A stretch of DNA of 62,848 bases, filler included, from Octopus bimaculoides (Eukaryota), in the NCBI RefSeq assembly GCF_001194135.2. It is 6 parts of 5 records of this genome, joined end to end, with 100 filler letters (N's around TTAATTAATTAA, not from the genome) between each part and the next. Parts side by side here need not be neighbours in the genome. Positions count along the whole stretch, not along the records: positions 60,425 to 62,848 come from NC_069005.1; 5 more parts are not named here. One strand, 5' to 3'. The position numbers and the translations under genes were made by a program. Below, one piece after another: positions 60,425 through 62,848 of the stretch; the first letter of the stretch is position 1, and each line of letters starts with the position of its first letter. Below the pieces are notes generated by a model. It saw only the letters and a list, made by a program, of their open reading frames with translations. It did not search any database and had not been told where the DNA came from.

Positions 60425-62848
60425 ACGAACGTACGCACTTGCGAACGAATGAACGTACGTACGTAGGTATGTACGAACGAACGTACGTACGTACGTGGTA
60501 CGTACATTAGAATGAACGAACGAACGAACAAACGAACGAACGAACAAACGAACGAACAAAAGAACGAACGAACAAACGAACGAACGTACGCACTTGCGAA
60601 CGAAAGAAAGATCGAACAAACAAACAAACGAAGGTACGATCGAACGAACTAACGTACGTACATACATCCGTTCGTAGGAACGACCGAACGAGCGAACGAA
60701 TGTACGTATGTACGAACGAATGAACTAACCTATGTACGTACGTAGGTACGAACGACTGAACGAACGAAATTAAGGAACGAACGGACGTACATAGTATGAA
60801 TAAACTAACGTACGTACGTATGAACGTTCGAACGAAAGGTACGATCGAACAAACGAACGAAAGAACGAACTAACGAATGAACGGACGTACTTAGGAACGA
60901 ACGAACGAACGAATGAACGAACGTACGTACGTATGTATGTACGTAGTAACGCACGAACTTACGTACGTATGAATCAACGAAAGAACAAATGAAGAACGTA
61001 CTTACGCACGTACGAACGAATGAACGAACGAACGAATGAACGAAAGAAGGAACGAACGATAGAACAAACGATTTAACGAACAATCGTAGGTACATACGTA
61101 CGAACGAACGAACAACCATACATACGAAGGAACAAACGAAGGAATGAACATATGTACGTACGTAGGAACGAACGAACGATTGATCGAACGAACGCACAAA
61201 CGAACAAACGAAAGAAGGAACGAACGATGGAACAATGGNNNNNNNNNNNNNNNNNNNNNNNNNNNNNNNNNNNNNNNNNNNNNNNNNNNNNNNNNNNNNN
61301 NNNNNNNNNNNNNNNNNNNNNNNNNNNNNNNNNNNNNNNNNNNNNNNNNNNNNNNNNNNNNNNNNNNNNNNNNNNNNNNNNNNNNNNNNNNNNCGTACCT
61401 ACATCCGTTCGTAGGAACGACCGAACGAGCGAACGAATGTATGTACGTACGAACGAATGAACTAACCTATGTACGTACGTACGTACGAACGACTGAACGA
61501 ACGAAATTAAGGAACGAACGGACGTACATAGTACGAATAAACTAACGTACGTACGTATGAACGTTCGAACGTACGGTTGTTCATTCATTCGTACGTATGT
61601 ACCTACGATTGTTCGTTAAATCGCTTGTTCTATCGTTCATTCCTTCTTTCGTTCATTCATTCGTTCGTTAATTCTTTCTTCGTTCCTTCGTTCGTTGATT
61701 CATACATACGTACGTACGTTCGTTCGTTGATTCATACATACGTACGTACGTTCGTTCGTTACTACGTACGTATTTGCGTATTTTCGTTCGTTAGTTCGTT
61801 CGTTCATTAGTTCTTTCGTCCGTTTGTTCGTACGTACGTTCATACGTTCGCTCGTCTATCCGTTCGATCGTTCGTTCGTTCGTACGTACGTAATTACGTT
61901 TGTTCGTTCGTTCGTACTTACGTACGTACGTGCGTACGAACTTTCGTTCCTCCGTACTTACGTACGTACGTTCGTTCATTCGGTCGTTCGTTCGTAAGCA
62001 CGTAAGTACGTACGTTCATTCGTTAGTTCGTTCTTTCGTTCATTCGATCGATTGTACGTACGTACATTGGTTCGTTCAAACGTTAGTACATACGCACGTT
62101 CGTTTATTCGTACTATTACGTTCGTTCGTTCGTTCCTTAATTTCGTTCGTTCAGTCGTTCGTACGTACGTACTTACATACGTACGTACCTACGTACATAC
62201 GTTAGTTCATTCGTTCGTACGTACGTACATTCGTTCGCTCGTTCGATCAATCCTACGTACGGATGTATGTACGTACGTTCGTTCGTTCGTTCGTTTGTTT
62301 GTTCGTTCGATCTTTGTTTCGTTCGCAAGTGCGTACTTTCGTTCGTTTGTTCGTTCGTTCGTACTTACGTACGGACGTATGTACGCACGTTCCTTCGTTC
62401 GCTCGATCGTACGTACGTACGTTTGTTTCTTCGTACGTACGCACGTACGTTCTTTCCTTCGGTCGTTCTTTCGATAGTTCGTTCCTTTGTATGTACGTTC
62501 GTTTGTACGTTCCTACGTACATACGTAAGTACGATCGTTCGTTCGTTCGTATGTACGTACGTACGTACGATCGTTCGTAAGTACGTACGTTCGTTCTTTG
62601 GTTCGTTCCTTCGATCGTTCGGTCGTTCGTTCGTTCGTTCATCCGCACGTACGTTCGTACGTAAGTACGTACGTTCGTTCGTTAGTTCGTATGTACGTTT
62701 GTACGTAAGATCGTTTGTGCGTACGTACGTACGCTCGTTGTTTCGTTCGTTCCTTCGATCGTTCGGTCGTTCGATCGTTCGTTCGTTCGATCGTTCGTTC
62801 GTTCGATCGTTCGTTTGTTCGTCCGCACGTACATAGGTACGTACGTTC
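60425..62848. repeat. CpG-rich (CGAA/CGTA)n satellite with higher-order repeats and a strand inversion near 61575
   Basis: gaac-rich before and gttc-rich after 61575. The landmark gaacgaaattaaggaacg at ~60764 and ~61500 reappears as cgttccttaatttcgttc at ~62130. Confidence 0.95.

Noticed and set aside
60425-62848. CRISPR array or RTYV/FVRS coding repeats
   Set aside because: There are no unique spacers and no cas genes; it is a low-complexity satellite.

Overview
AT-rich, gap-ridden animal genomic scaffold, most consistent with an octopus (inferred from the tRNA-derived SINE families and the extreme microsatellite load). Most long ORFs in the supplied track are artefacts of microsatellites and N-runs. 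I find no rRNA, true tRNA, CRISPR or prokaryotic features. The best host-gene evidence is two plus-strand exons (31-61 and 44562-44697) with strong splice signals. They join in frame to xKLYPPPFLFL|NIVSLVFLTYL..., a TRP-domain-like (TRPM-like) sequence, which would make most of the window one ~44.5 kb intron. The rest is a transposon record: five SINE families, RTE LINE fragments, R4/Dong-like RLE LINE 3' ends sitting in (TAA)n or (CATA)n microsatellites, three Penelope-like GIY-YIG fragments with hammerhead-like motifs, and Tigger/pogo, mariner, Tc1, maT and hAT fossils and MITEs. The window ends in a CpG-rich (CGAA/CGTA)n satellite that folds back on itself. The top leads are an apparently (CATA)n-targeted RLE retrotransposon, minimal hammerhead-like motifs with a shared A6U core variant, and a Naiad-like endonuclease with an in-frame TGA at a possible selenocysteine position. 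Family names come from motif recognition, not database searches.
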